Notes: generated from the sequence alone by a model not told the origin. A stretch of DNA of 64,000 bases from Candidatus Margulisiibacteriota bacterium (GCA_018823125.1 JAHJIW010000010.1:26954-90953), one strand, 5' to 3'. Numbered from the stretch's first letter, positions 52,212 through 62,417 are shown. Numbers and translations: made by a program.

Positions 52212-53692
52212 ACTTTTTTCTCTTCTTCTCTAAACAAAAAATGTCCCAGCAGAAGAATAATTACTATGATTCCGCAGGCGCAAACAAAAAGGTCGCCGTA
52301 TTTAGTGTAAAAGGTTGCCTGCGGATTGTTTTTAACGTTAAATACTAAATAGGCTTCGCGATTGACCACCGATTGATCGATGACGCGCCCGGCCCCGTCT
52401 GCGGCAAAGGAAATCCCGGTATTAGATGATTGTACAAAATACTTTCCGGTTTCCACCGCACGTAAAATCCCGGCCTGCATGTGTTGAGTCAGTGCATAAG
52501 AATTATTAAACCACGCATCATTGGTTAAGGTTAATAGAAAATCGGCCCCGTCTTTTACACGTTCACGGGCAATGTACGGAAAAGTAGACTCAAAACAAAT
52601 CATCAGTCCTACTTTTTCGCCGTTAAGTGAAATTACCCCGGGTCCTTTCCCGGGAGAATAATCTGCTTCGTGCAGTCCGGTTGCAGATAATACGGGATAA
52701 AGAACTTTGCGCCAGGGCAAATATTCGCCAAACGGCACCAGGTGTTGCTTTTGATAAACTCCCTTTAATTTTCCGTCTTTCCCGATACAAAAAGCTACAT
52801 TAAAATATTGCCGCTCTACGCGCTGCGGCGCACCGACAATTAAAGCCGCATTTAATTCTTCGGCCAGATTGGATAGCTTGCCAAAAATCGGGCGCCGGGC
52901 GATAAAATTATTAAGTGCGGTTTCAGGCCAAACGTAAATTGAGGGGCGCAAAAGATGCGCTTTTAAAGAAAGTTTACGATACAGATCAAAGTAATAATTA
53001 TAATTGCGGTTACTTAATTTAACCGCTTGCGGAATATTTCCTTGAATGACCGCAACTTTTACTGATTTCTCAGGCAGCTTCGCATCATAATCTTTAATTA
53101 ATAGGCTGCCAAAAAGATAATTAGCCGAAATTAAAATAATTAATAAGGCGATTTTTAAAAGCCGGCCCTTTTTACTAACTAAAATTGAAAGCAGTAGTGC
53201 ATTTACTAAAACGATAAAAAAGGTAATGCCATAGGAACCAAAAAACCGCGCCAGCTGGACCATCGGCAAAAAGGCGGTTTGACTATACCCTAATCCTCCC
53301 GCGGTGATGCCAAAGGTACCTAATGAGCGCAGATACTCAAAAACCACAAAAGCTGCCGCCGCGATCAAAGGATATGGAATAAATTTTAGTTTTTTAAGAT
53401 TATAAAACGTCAATCCAAAACCCACCAAAAATAATGACTCGTATAAAATTAGTGAAAAGTAGGCGAAATTAGCAAAGAAATAAGCATAAGCAAACAGTTC
53501 GTTCATCCACCACAGCACAATCCCAAAAAAAGGCAGGGCAAAAAACAAAGCGGCAAAAAATACTCGGCCGGCCCTTTTGGCCGCTAAGATGACTCCTAAA
53601 AAAGGAACCAGCGCAAAGTAAACTAACCAGAAAAACGAAGGGTTAGTAAAAGCAAGGCCGCACAACACTCCAGACAGTATTGATAGTAACAT
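52208..53692 (-). CDS. lnt: apolipoprotein N-acyltransferase
   Basis: IQGNI, WPET, KQHLVPFGEYLP, ICFES, TNDAWF, NTGIS; multiple TM segments. Confidence 0.95.
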   Translation of the reverse strand: MLLSILSGVLCGLAFTNPSFFWLVYFALVPFLGVILAAKRAGRVFFAALFFALPFFGIVLWWMNELFAYAYFFANFAYFSLILYESLFLVGFGLTFYNLKKLKFIPYPLIAAAAFVVFEYLRSLGTFGITAGGLGYSQTAFLPMVQLARFFGSYGITFFIVLVNALLLSILVSKKGRLLKIALLIILISANYLFGSLLIKDYDAKLPEKSVKVAVIQGNIPQAVKLSNRNYNYYFDLYRKLSLKAHLLRPSIYVWPETALNNFIARRPIFGKLSNLAEELNAALIVGAPQRVERQYFNVAFCIGKDGKLKGVYQKQHLVPFGEYLPWRKVLYPVLSATGLHEADYSPGKGPGVISLNGEKVGLMICFESTFPYIARERVKDGADFLLTLTNDAWFNNSYALTQHMQAGILRAVETGKYFVQSSNTGISFAADGAGRVIDQSVVNREAYLVFNVKNNPQATFYTKYGDLFVCACGIIVIILLLGHFLFREEEKKV

Positions 53693-53703
53693 TGATAGCT
53701 CCT

Positions 53704-54351
53704 TTAATTAATCGTGACTGAATACCTGGTTATATCTAAACTCGCATCGATATCGGTATCCGGACTATTTGAGTCGCTAGCCGTCGAATCAGTATAAGAC
53801 TGGATTTGGCCGTTGGAATCAAGATGATCCTGCAAACGGCTGGTTGATTCGCTAACGCTGACAAAATCAAAATAAATATTGACCGGAACATTGGTACCGT
53901 ACAATTGACTTAAATCGAAATCAAACGTCCATTGATCAGAACCAGTAGTTACCTCGCCAATTTGAACCCGGGTGTAGTCGGCATAGGATTCAGCAGTTGA
54001 ATTAAAAGGGCCTCTAACCAGCCAGATCAAACCGCTTCCACTGCTATCCAGGATTACATAGCCGTCCCAGGTGCGATAGAACTGATAATAATCCAGGGTC
54101 GGATCAGTAGGCGGCAGTCCCGGCTCAATAAACTCGTACGGTTCGTACGGATCATAAGGAATTTGAAATGCTTCCTGTGAACTAATAACCATAAAATAGC
54201 TATTATCAAAGAAATCAATATTTCCTCGGAAGGTAACGATCACCGACATACTGTTGCCGTAAGTAATTACATTGGTAACCGTGCGCGCACAACCAAAAAG
54301 CGTAACGGCCGCGATAATAATTATTAGAATTAAGGTTAATTTCTTTAACAT
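53704..54351 (-). CDS. acidic hypothetical lipoprotein
   Basis: LFG-C lipobox; beta-rich, D/S/T-rich mature part; between lptD and lnt. Confidence 0.72.
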   Translation of the reverse strand: MLKKLTLILIIIIAAVTLFGCARTVTNVITYGNSMSVIVTFRGNIDFFDNSYFMVISSQEAFQIPYDPYEPYEFIEPGLPPTDPTLDYYQFYRTWDGYVILDSSGSGLIWLVRGPFNSTAESYADYTRVQIGEVTTGSDQWTFDFDLSQLYGTNVPVNIYFDFVSVSESTSRLQDHLDSNGQIQSYTDSTASDSNSPDTDIDASLDITRYSVTIN

Positions 54352-54372
54352 GTTGAAAGCTTATTATACCTC

Positions 54373-56703
54373 CTAATACCGCGTTGGTGAATCTTTATAA
54401 AAATCTGATTTGATTCGATCAAAGGCCCGGTCAAAACCTTGATAGAAGAAACCTTTGCCCGTCGACCAACCCAGCGGCTCATCCGGCAGGGCCTTCAGCG
54501 TAAAGGTAAGGGTATGTTCTCTGCGATAATCTGAATAAGTATATTTGGCCTCCCAGCAATGCAAGTCTTTGATAATCATTACATCTCTTAATAAATACTG
54601 GCGGGTGAAAAAATCGTAAGAATGACTAAATTTAATTTGCCAGCGATTGCGCCAATTATCATCGCCCAGCTGGATATCAAACATGGAGCTCGCCGTTTTT
54701 ATCAATCCGGTATTCAAATCATAGTTATTTTTAAGTTCTCCGGTTAGCATATTCGAGGGGCGAATCCTGATTTTACTCACTAAATCCACGTATTTTTGAT
54801 TTTCAATATCAAAACCGGTTTTAAAAGTCAGCTTCAATCTTTGGTCCGGTGCAATGGTTAAATCGGTGCGTGCCGTTTCGTATTTCTTAGTTAAAAAGTT
54901 GTAGCCGCCCGAAAAATTCCAGACAAACTTAGATAAATAATAAAAGGTCATGGAATCCGCGATGGCACTTTTAAAACTGCTTTGCTGATCAAAAAAGAAA
55001 GGAGTATTACCTTCGGCAAAGCGCCGATGATAGAAAATATTATTCCTATAAAACGAAAAACCTTGCGTCTCGAGCCTTACCTGTTCATCTAATTGATAGC
55101 GCGCATCTCCCGGATTATAAGAGTATTGTTCAATGCCTTCCTGCAGTTTCAGGATCGAGCCTAAGCCAACCGGAATATCTTTGCTCGCTACTAGCCCCAT
55201 CCCCAACTTTCCGGTAGCGTAATCCCGATTTCTTCTCAAGGCCGGAACGTACTTAACTTCATGAAAATAACCGTAGGAAAATGACGAAGCCAAATTAAAA
55301 AGTTTCAGGTCGTAGGGACTAAGGGATAAATTAACTTCGGGTTGTTTCTCCAGATATTGATCTCCATCGTCTGCTGTGTAAAGTTTTTGATCTGGATCAA
55401 TGTACCAGTTTTCGGAAAACTGCAGGGAATATCCTCCTAAAACGGGCAACACACCATTCTGCGTAAGGGTGATCGAAGGCTCAAAACGCTCGTTAGCCTG
55501 CAGGCCCTCGGCCGTGGTATAACTGGAATACGGAGCACTCAAACTAAAATTCAGCGAATCCCAGATTAGCGGCTGGTTATGGTCAATCCGATGTGAAAAA
55601 CTTACCCAGTGCGGGGAACGTTTATCCCTTTTAAAAGCATATTGATAGTTGGTCGCATAACGATCTTGTTTATGAGAAAAACTCAAACTATAATCTTCGA
55701 GTTGAGAGATGCGATCATCCAGGGAGCTGCCTTTAATATCCAGCGTGCGGTCTGAGAAGTGTTTTAATCTAAAAAGGTTAATGGAACGATTGCGGCGCCC
55801 GCTGGGCACTAAATAAATTGATGATGATTCGTGCCCAAAAGACAGATCGGTATTACTATTTAATCTGGCCTGATGATCGAGCCGGATCACCCAATCTGAG
55901 TATCCGGTATCTCTCTCTTCTACGTGATAAACATACAGTCTTCCGTCATTCGCATCGTTTAAAGTGTAGGAATGATCAAACCCGTACCCGACCCCTTTTT
56001 TTTCCATGTAATCGAGTAAAAATAATCCAAAGGCACCCGTCGTCATAAAATAATCCCACTGGGTTTTGATAAAGTATCCTTCCACTTCATTTTGCCCGGT
56101 AGTGGGCATCTTGCCCCGCCGCTTTTTTAAAGGATAAATAAAATACGGCATCCACATCACCGGAACCTGATTAATATAAAAAGTCACGCTATGCCCCACC
56201 ACCATGTCATCCGGGTAATACTCAACTTTTTTTGCCTTGGTATCATAGTGCGGCTTTTTATAATCACAGGTGGTAATGTCCCCTTCTTCGCCTTCCAGCA
56301 TCGAAACTCTATCAATAACCTTATCTGCTTTTAAAAAAAGCTCGCCTTTCAACATGCTCGGAGTTAAAACGGTGTGAAAAGAGTTAAGATAAGCAACCTC
56401 ATTTGAAACATCATAAGTTAAACTGCGGCTGTAGGCCTGGTAGTCTCCGGTATCCAGCAAAACATTGCCTTCCGCAGTAATAATGTTAGAGTTGACGTCT
56501 ACGATTAAGTTATCGGCATGCATCGTAAAGCCTTCGATTTGAATTACCACTGACCCCGAGGCTTCGATGATGCCCTTTTCTTCGTTATATTTTAAAGAAT
56601 CGGCTTTTAAATCGACCGGGACGTCTTCAGCAAAAGAGGGGCAAACCGTAAATATTGTTTGCAACAACAGCAGCACAAAAAGCAGGAATATTTTTCTTCG
56701 CAT
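54373..56703 (-). CDS. lptD: LPS-assembly protein LptD (OstA-like)
   Basis: Signal peptide; ADSL.Y..., AEGNV jellyroll; TTCD...PHY, VPV.W.PY; long beta-barrel with DLHCWE near the C-terminus. Confidence 0.82.
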   Translation of the reverse strand: MRRKIFLLFVLLLLQTIFTVCPSFAEDVPVDLKADSLKYNEEKGIIEASGSVVIQIEGFTMHADNLIVDVNSNIITAEGNVLLDTGDYQAYSRSLTYDVSNEVAYLNSFHTVLTPSMLKGELFLKADKVIDRVSMLEGEEGDITTCDYKKPHYDTKAKKVEYYPDDMVVGHSVTFYINQVPVMWMPYFIYPLKKRRGKMPTTGQNEVEGYFIKTQWDYFMTTGAFGLFLLDYMEKKGVGYGFDHSYTLNDANDGRLYVYHVEERDTGYSDWVIRLDHQARLNSNTDLSFGHESSSIYLVPSGRRNRSINLFRLKHFSDRTLDIKGSSLDDRISQLEDYSLSFSHKQDRYATNYQYAFKRDKRSPHWVSFSHRIDHNQPLIWDSLNFSLSAPYSSYTTAEGLQANERFEPSITLTQNGVLPVLGGYSLQFSENWYIDPDQKLYTADDGDQYLEKQPEVNLSLSPYDLKLFNLASSFSYGYFHEVKYVPALRRNRDYATGKLGMGLVASKDIPVGLGSILKLQEGIEQYSYNPGDARYQLDEQVRLETQGFSFYRNNIFYHRRFAEGNTPFFFDQQSSFKSAIADSMTFYYLSKFVWNFSGGYNFLTKKYETARTDLTIAPDQRLKLTFKTGFDIENQKYVDLVSKIRIRPSNMLTGELKNNYDLNTGLIKTASSMFDIQLGDDNWRNRWQIKFSHSYDFFTRQYLLRDVMIIKDLHCWEAKYTYSDYRREHTLTFTLKALPDEPLGWSTGKGFFYQGFDRAFDRIKSDFYKDSPTRY

Positions 56704-56717
56704 ACCAACCAAGTATT

Positions 56718-59102
56718 CTAAGGCACTTTATACATGAGCCTTCGTTTTGCAATATCGCTTAAGACATCATCCTCCGTTATTTCTTTAAAAAGCTTGATGG
56801 CTTTTTCGACTTCTCCCGACCGGTACCACAGCGTGCCCAAATTGATTTTAACGGCAGATAAACTAGCATCCATTTGTTTGGCTTTTTCTAAAATCTTGAT
56901 CGCTTCACCGACATTGCCTTTTAAGTAGTACAACACCCCTAAATTATTATAAAAAACGGGGGATTCAAAGTCTTCGTCAATCGCAGCCTCCAGGTTGCTT
57001 TGAGACTCTTCAAAGGCCCCTTCCATCAGGTGCATCGCCGCCAGATTATTTAATCCCGGTGAAAAGCTCGAATCCAGAGAGGTAGAAAGCATAAATTCTT
57101 CTTTGGCGGCGCCGTACATGCCATTGTTAAATAATTCGAAACCATCGGTATTATGATTTTGTCCGAAAGACATATTAACCGCTTCACTTTTGGACATTTT
57201 TTCGGACATTTGCCCATCCCTGCCCCACAAACCCACCAGTGCCTGAGAATCCATATCTTTTAAAACACAAATAATTTTTTTGCTGCGCAGCGCCGCAATC
57301 TTGCTGCTTTTTAAAACTTTAATTCGATTTTTTAAGTCCCCAAAATTAGTATCTTCCGCTAAAACCTCTTCGTAAGCAGAAACCGCTTTCATCAATTGCC
57401 CCCGGGCTTCATAGGTAATCCCTAAATTGAGCATTAAAACTTTCTTGAATTCGTGCAGTTCCGGGGTAACGATTTCGAGGGCTTTTTCAAAATTTTTCTG
57501 GGCCAGGTCAAACCGACCATCAGTCCGGTAACAGGAACCTAATAAATTATAGGCAAAAGGCGCCCGCACCCGATCTTTAAGCGACAGCTGCAGCTCCTCG
57601 ATCGCTTTTTCGTTGTTATCCAGTGCTAAATAAAGTTTTCCTAAATCAAGGTGCAGGGATACTTTCCAGGGGTCCTCCTTTAATTTAGTCAGATTTGATT
57701 CAACTTCTAAAGCCAGTTCCTTTTCTCTCATCTTTTTAAATTTTTCGTGGATACCTTTATTGTAAGGATCCAACGTTAAAGCCGTATGCAAAGCGGCCGA
57801 AGCTTTACGTGACAGCTTTAGCCCTGCGTAGGCTTCGCCTAAAATGGCATGTCCCGCTGCATATTTTTTATCAATCGAGATGATTTCTTCGGCTTTCGAC
57901 ACGGCCTGACGCAGATCTCCCGTAACAATATAAGCTTCTCCCAAAACCCGGTGCCCCAAAAGAAAATTAGGCCGACTCTTAAGAATATCCTTACATTTAC
58001 TGATGACTTCGGGCGCAATTTCGGGAGTAAGCGAAAGTGCGGCCTCATACTCTAAAACGGCTTCATTCAAGCGATCCTGCTTGAGATACGCATCCGCCAA
58101 ATACTGATGGGCTAAAACTTGATTAGGGCAATCCTTAATGATTTTTTTATAACCGGCGATCGCCTGTTCTAAATATTCGGGCTTTAATTTGGAAAGCCTG
58201 AAATATTCGGCCGCCGCTTCTGAATATTCTTGTTTTACGCTCAAAAAGCTGGCTAAAGAAATAATCGCCGCCGGATGAACCGGGTAACTTTTTAAAATTT
58301 TACGGCAGTTTGCGACAGCAGCGTCGGCCTGCGCGGCATCTAAATTTAAAATCTTTTCGTACATCGCGACCGATTTATCCGGCTGCATTGATCTGAAGTA
58401 GATATCCGCCAGCAGTTCCTTAATCCTGACCGAGGTAGGTGCTTTGGACGAAAGTTCTTCCAGGCGCAAAGTTACTTCACGCGCCACTTCGGGATCATCC
58501 GAAAACATTTTGGCAAAACAATCCGCCGCCTGGTCAAACCGGCTCATCCGGGCATTCAATTCTCCCAGCGTACGCAGTATTTTTTTATTGGACGGATCAT
58601 AGCTTAAAACTTCCTGGTACAGAGCAATCGCTTCTTGGTAGCGCTTTTTTTCCAAATAGGCTCCGGCCAACATCTCGGTTAAAGGAAGATCCTTGACCCC
58701 TTGGCGTAAAGATTTTTCTAATAAAGCAATGGCATTATCAATTTCTTCACGCGTTATATAAATTTTACCCAAAGCATTATAGATAGAAACGTTTTCGGGA
58801 TCTAAATCGAGGGCTTCTTCAAACTCGAGTACCGCGCTGTTGCTTTCTCCGATGGACAGGTAAAATTCGGCCAAAGATAAGCGCAGTGCCACCCCATCCC
58901 CATTATTCCCCATCATCTTTTCGTAATCCAAAACAATTTTAGTTTTTAAATGCGGGTTATAGAGAACTGCCAAACGATACTTTTCTTTGGCGCTGCGGTA
59001 GCGTCCCTTCAGCAGCAGCGCAAATCCCAAAAAGCGCAGTGAATCGGCATCGTTTGGATTTTCTTTAAGAGTTTTCTTTATTTTATCAACATTAATTGCC
59101 AT
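56718..59102 (-). CDS. large tetratricopeptide-repeat protein
   Basis: Many 34-aa A...LG..Y......A...Y/F...L...P repeats; no signal peptide seen. Confidence 0.88.
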   Translation of the reverse strand: MAINVDKIKKTLKENPNDADSLRFLGFALLLKGRYRSAKEKYRLAVLYNPHLKTKIVLDYEKMMGNNGDGVALRLSLAEFYLSIGESNSAVLEFEEALDLDPENVSIYNALGKIYITREEIDNAIALLEKSLRQGVKDLPLTEMLAGAYLEKKRYQEAIALYQEVLSYDPSNKKILRTLGELNARMSRFDQAADCFAKMFSDDPEVAREVTLRLEELSSKAPTSVRIKELLADIYFRSMQPDKSVAMYEKILNLDAAQADAAVANCRKILKSYPVHPAAIISLASFLSVKQEYSEAAAEYFRLSKLKPEYLEQAIAGYKKIIKDCPNQVLAHQYLADAYLKQDRLNEAVLEYEAALSLTPEIAPEVISKCKDILKSRPNFLLGHRVLGEAYIVTGDLRQAVSKAEEIISIDKKYAAGHAILGEAYAGLKLSRKASAALHTALTLDPYNKGIHEKFKKMREKELALEVESNLTKLKEDPWKVSLHLDLGKLYLALDNNEKAIEELQLSLKDRVRAPFAYNLLGSCYRTDGRFDLAQKNFEKALEIVTPELHEFKKVLMLNLGITYEARGQLMKAVSAYEEVLAEDTNFGDLKNRIKVLKSSKIAALRSKKIICVLKDMDSQALVGLWGRDGQMSEKMSKSEAVNMSFGQNHNTDGFELFNNGMYGAAKEEFMLSTSLDSSFSPGLNNLAAMHLMEGAFEESQSNLEAAIDEDFESPVFYNNLGVLYYLKGNVGEAIKILEKAKQMDASLSAVKINLGTLWYRSGEVEKAIKLFKEITEDDVLSDIAKRRLMYKVP

Positions 59103-59110
59103 TTAAGTTC

Positions 59111-60211
59111 CTACTTTTTGGTGCCTTCTCGCAAAAGCATTACCAGCGCAAAGGTTCCGAAAAGAAACTGAGGCCCCCAGGCCGCCACCACCGGGTCAAC
59201 CACCCCACCCCTGCCCAGTGACCGGAAAACCGAAGCAAAAACATAAAAAGTAAACATAACTACAATACTTAAAGTTACTCCCCAGGTTTTACCTGACCGG
59301 ACCGAAGGGAGACTTAACGGGATTCCCACCAGCGCAAAAATAAAACAGGTCAGCGGAATAGAAAACTTCATGTAATAATCGGTTTGCAGCTGCCGCACCG
59401 TTGCCCCGCTTTTCCCTAAAGTTTCGATCCGGGCTTTCAATTCTTGACTACTCAATTCTTCCGCCGATTTGCGGTTGGTAAACCGCATCAGATCTTCGTT
59501 AACGTATATCTTCATTTTATCAAATGTTGACTCATAATTCAGGTGCCCTTCGTTATCAAACTTATGCACCTTCCCGGTTTTTAAATCCCAGGTTAGATTT
59601 TCGAAACGGGCCTCTTTGGCCACAATTACTCTTGGAATTTTATCTCCCTGCGCAAACTCATAAATTAAAATATCGTATAACTTATCGGCTTTAGTATCAA
59701 CTTTTTTCACGTAATAGAAACGGTTATGACTATCTTTAAAAAATTCGTTTTCTTTGACCTGCGGAATCGGCTTTTTTAAAATAATCTGCTGAATAATATC
59801 ATCCGAAACGTGATTGGCATACGGAACAATCTTTTCGTTGGTAAAAAAGGAAACCAGCGATATCACCAGCGAAAAAATAATAATCGGCACACACAAACGA
59901 AATAAGCTGATCCCCGAAGTCCGGAGAGCAATAATTTCGTTATCTTTAGAAAGACGCCCCAGCGCCATCGCCACACAAAACAAAGTAGAAACCGGAAAAG
60001 TCATAACCATGATATAAGGCAGCTTAAAAACTAAGAGCTTTAAAACCGCACCCAAGGGCACGCCTTTGTTAATGATCATGTCCGTATAGGTAAATAACAA
60101 ATCGGTGATCATCACCATCACAAAGCCCAGGATCCCCATTAAGAAAGGCCCCCAGAGCTCTGAGATAATATAGCGGTCTATGATTCGGACGTGAAACTTA
60201 GTCCTTACCAT
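59111..60211 (-). CDS. LptF/LptG family LPS export permease (second copy)
   Basis: IIDRYII, RLSKDNEIIALRTSGISL, KFSIPL, AAWGP. Confidence 0.9.
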   Translation of the reverse strand: MVRTKFHVRIIDRYIISELWGPFLMGILGFVMVMITDLLFTYTDMIINKGVPLGAVLKLLVFKLPYIMVMTFPVSTLFCVAMALGRLSKDNEIIALRTSGISLFRLCVPIIIFSLVISLVSFFTNEKIVPYANHVSDDIIQQIILKKPIPQVKENEFFKDSHNRFYYVKKVDTKADKLYDILIYEFAQGDKIPRVIVAKEARFENLTWDLKTGKVHKFDNEGHLNYESTFDKMKIYVNEDLMRFTNRKSAEELSSQELKARIETLGKSGATVRQLQTDYYMKFSIPLTCFIFALVGIPLSLPSVRSGKTWGVTLSIVVMFTFYVFASVFRSLGRGGVVDPVVAAWGPQFLFGTFALVMLLREGTKK

Positions 60212-60402
60212 TGGTCATTTTGTCTTCTTTTGACTTCTTTGCGTTTTGCTTTTTCTTCGCGTTGACGGCGGCGTTGACTAGGCTTTTCATAAAATTCTCG
60301 TTTTTTGAGCTCGTCGATCATACCTTCTCTGCGCAATTTAGTTTTAAATTTACGCAAAACCTTATCGATATCTTCGTCTTTTCTTACTTGTATTTTTGCC
60401 AT
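60205..60402 (-). CDS. rpsU: 30S ribosomal protein S21
   Basis: V..DE.IDK.LRKFK......G...E.KKREFYEKPS motif. Confidence 0.92.
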   Translation of the reverse strand: MAKIQVRKDEDIDKVLRKFKTKLRREGMIDELKKREFYEKPSQRRRQREEKAKRKEVKRRQNDQW

Positions 60403-60453
60403 ATTTTCCCTAAAGAATCTTTAAAACTCTTTAGTCCCTCCTTTCTAAATTAT

Positions 60454-60798
60454 TTACCCCGGCGGCCACGAAAAATCCCGGCCCCCCAAAAGGTGAAAGT
60501 GAACGTGAAACACAGCCTGGCCCGCGGATTTACCTTCGTTTACCACTACCCGATAGCCGGCCGCTTTTAATTTTTTATCCTCAACCAGTTTTTGGATCAC
60601 ACCGTAAACTTTGGCAATTAAAGGAAGCTCCGGCCTCCCCAGATCCGAAAGACAAGCCACGTGTTTTTTTGGAATCACCAGGATATGCTGCGGAGCTTTA
60701 GGATCAATATCATTAAAAGCCAGCACGTCCTCATCTTCATAAACAATATCAGACTTTATCTCTTTATTGATAATTTTACAGAAAATACAGTCAGTCAT
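60454..60798 (-). CDS. hinT: histidine triad (HIT) nucleotide-binding protein
   Basis: DCIFCKI, DI.P.AP.H.LVIPK.H, AGQAVFHVHFHLLGGR...WPPG. Confidence 0.94.
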   Translation of the reverse strand: MTDCIFCKIINKEIKSDIVYEDEDVLAFNDIDPKAPQHILVIPKKHVACLSDLGRPELPLIAKVYGVIQKLVEDKKLKAAGYRVVVNEGKSAGQAVFHVHFHLLGGRDFSWPPG

Positions 60799-60814
60799 TT
60801 AGTTCACCATTGCA

Positions 60815-60870
60815 ACTAAGTGACTAAGCGATTAAGCGACTAGGTGTTTTCCACTTAGTCACTTAGTTAC
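60815..60870. repeat. 8-bp tandem repeats arranged as an inverted-repeat hairpin
   Basis: ACTAAGTG ACTAAGCG ATTAAGCG ACTAGGTG - TTTTC - CACTTAGT CACTTAGT. Confidence 0.8.
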
Positions 60871-61538
60871 TATTTGCTTAGTCCCTTCTCCTTTTTTTCG
60901 TATTCGTACTCTAAACAACACATCAGTCGGCCGCACATTCCCGAAGTTTTGGTAGGAGATATTTGCAGGCCCTGCTCTTTCACCATTTTAACTGTAATGT
61001 GGCGCGGCTTGGAAAGCCAGGAAGCACAGCAAAGCGAACGACCACAAGGCCCTAGTCCTCCAAAAAGGCGGGCCTCATCCCGGGGATTAATTTGCTTCAG
61101 CTCCACCCGAGCTTTAAGCAGTCTGGATAAATCCCGGCCTAACTCTCGCGTGCCGCGTGATTTTTTGCCTTCCGCGATTTTATAGTAAAAGATAACCCGG
61201 CTGCCGTCAAAAATCACTTCTACGTTAACTACTTTTAAAGGCAGTTCATATTCCTTAACTTTTTGCGCCGCCAATTTCAAAACTTCTTCTTCCCGCGCGG
61301 TAGTGGCTGCCAACTGCTTTAAATCTTCATCACTGGCATAACGCACAACTTTTTTTAACCGCACATCTTTAGCCAGGGCGTTAGGATAACCCTTAGGAAA
61401 AGAAACGATCCAGCCAAACTCCGTTCCCCGATCGGTTCCAACAATGACCGCCGCACCCACTTTAATTGATTGTTCATTGTATCCGGCAATGGGACAAATC
61501 CGTCCAAATTTAGATAAACGAATAGCAAGTTTTGCCAC
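60870..61538 (-). CDS. ricT: PSP1 domain protein (RicT/YaaT family, Fe-S)
   Basis: RDEAR..GG.GPCGR.LCC, M.KEQ.L...P...SG.CGRLMCCL.YE; follows holB as in Firmicutes. Confidence 0.85.
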   Translation of the reverse strand: MAKLAIRLSKFGRICPIAGYNEQSIKVGAAVIVGTDRGTEFGWIVSFPKGYPNALAKDVRLKKVVRYASDEDLKQLAATTAREEEVLKLAAQKVKEYELPLKVVNVEVIFDGSRVIFYYKIAEGKKSRGTRELGRDLSRLLKARVELKQINPRDEARLFGGLGPCGRSLCCASWLSKPRHITVKMVKEQGLQISPTKTSGMCGRLMCCLEYEYEKKEKGLSK

Positions 61539-62336
61539 TTAAAATACCTCCAAGAGTTTTAAAAACATCGCGTCCAACGCTACCCGGGCCGCAGCCTTTC
61601 TTTTGATTCCTTTTATGGTATCCATCACAATTTTTAATATTTTATTAGCGCCCGGATTACTCTGCAGTAAATTGTTTCTTAAAAACAACATAAAATTAAC
61701 CAATTGCTGCTCTAAATTACTTTTATCTCTGGCCATCGCCTTGGAAAAGAAAAATAACTGATTAATATCATGCTTTTTCAGCAAGTTTAATAACTTGGGT
61801 GAAGCTTCATCTTCTCCCGCCAACAGTGCCCCATCCGGAAAAGCAACTTTGTGACAACGCGATTTAATCGTAGGTAAAATTGCATACGGCGAAGACGCCA
61901 TTAATACAAAAACTACATGATCTTTGGGCTCTTCCAGGATTTTCAAAAAACTATTGGCCGCTTCGGTAGTCATTTTATCGGCAGCCTGAATTAAAACTAC
62001 TAAATATTTTCCCTGATTCGGCCCGAACTTTACTATACTTTTAATTTCTCGGATCTGATCAATCTTAATCGAGGTGCCAACCGGCGCAACACTAAGTACA
62101 TCTACAAATTTAGCATTGGCAATCAGCTTACAGTTTAAACATTCACCACACGGACGGCTTTCTTGGGATAAACAGTTTAAGGCTTTGGCAAAATCCAGTG
62201 CAGAAACTTGAATTGACGCTTGATCTGGTCCCAAAAAAAGATAAGCATTAGCAATGCGGGAAGTCTTTAAAACTCCACTTAATACCTTTGAAACCCGCGG
62301 GCTTCCGAACATATTTTCTTTTAATTGTAGAGGCAA
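61539..62336 (-). CDS. holB: DNA polymerase III subunit delta'
   Basis: AYLFLGP, LNC....PCGEC.NC, IKIDQIR, AANSFLK.LEEP, LPTIKSRC; start could be ATG 62312. Confidence 0.9.
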   Translation of the reverse strand: MPLQLKENMFGSPRVSKVLSGVLKTSRIANAYLFLGPDQASIQVSALDFAKALNCLSQESRPCGECLNCKLIANAKFVDVLSVAPVGTSIKIDQIREIKSIVKFGPNQGKYLVVLIQAADKMTTEAANSFLKILEEPKDHVVFVLMASSPYAILPTIKSRCHKVAFPDGALLAGEDEASPKLLNLLKKHDINQLFFFSKAMARDKSNLEQQLVNFMLFLRNNLLQSNPGANKILKIVMDTIKGIKRKAAARVALDAMFLKLLEVF

Positions 62337-62417
62337 TTCTCATATCACCCGATAGATAAAAATCCTTGAAATTTATGGTTAAATTATATCACAGGCTACC
62401 TAGGGGGGCAATCGAAG

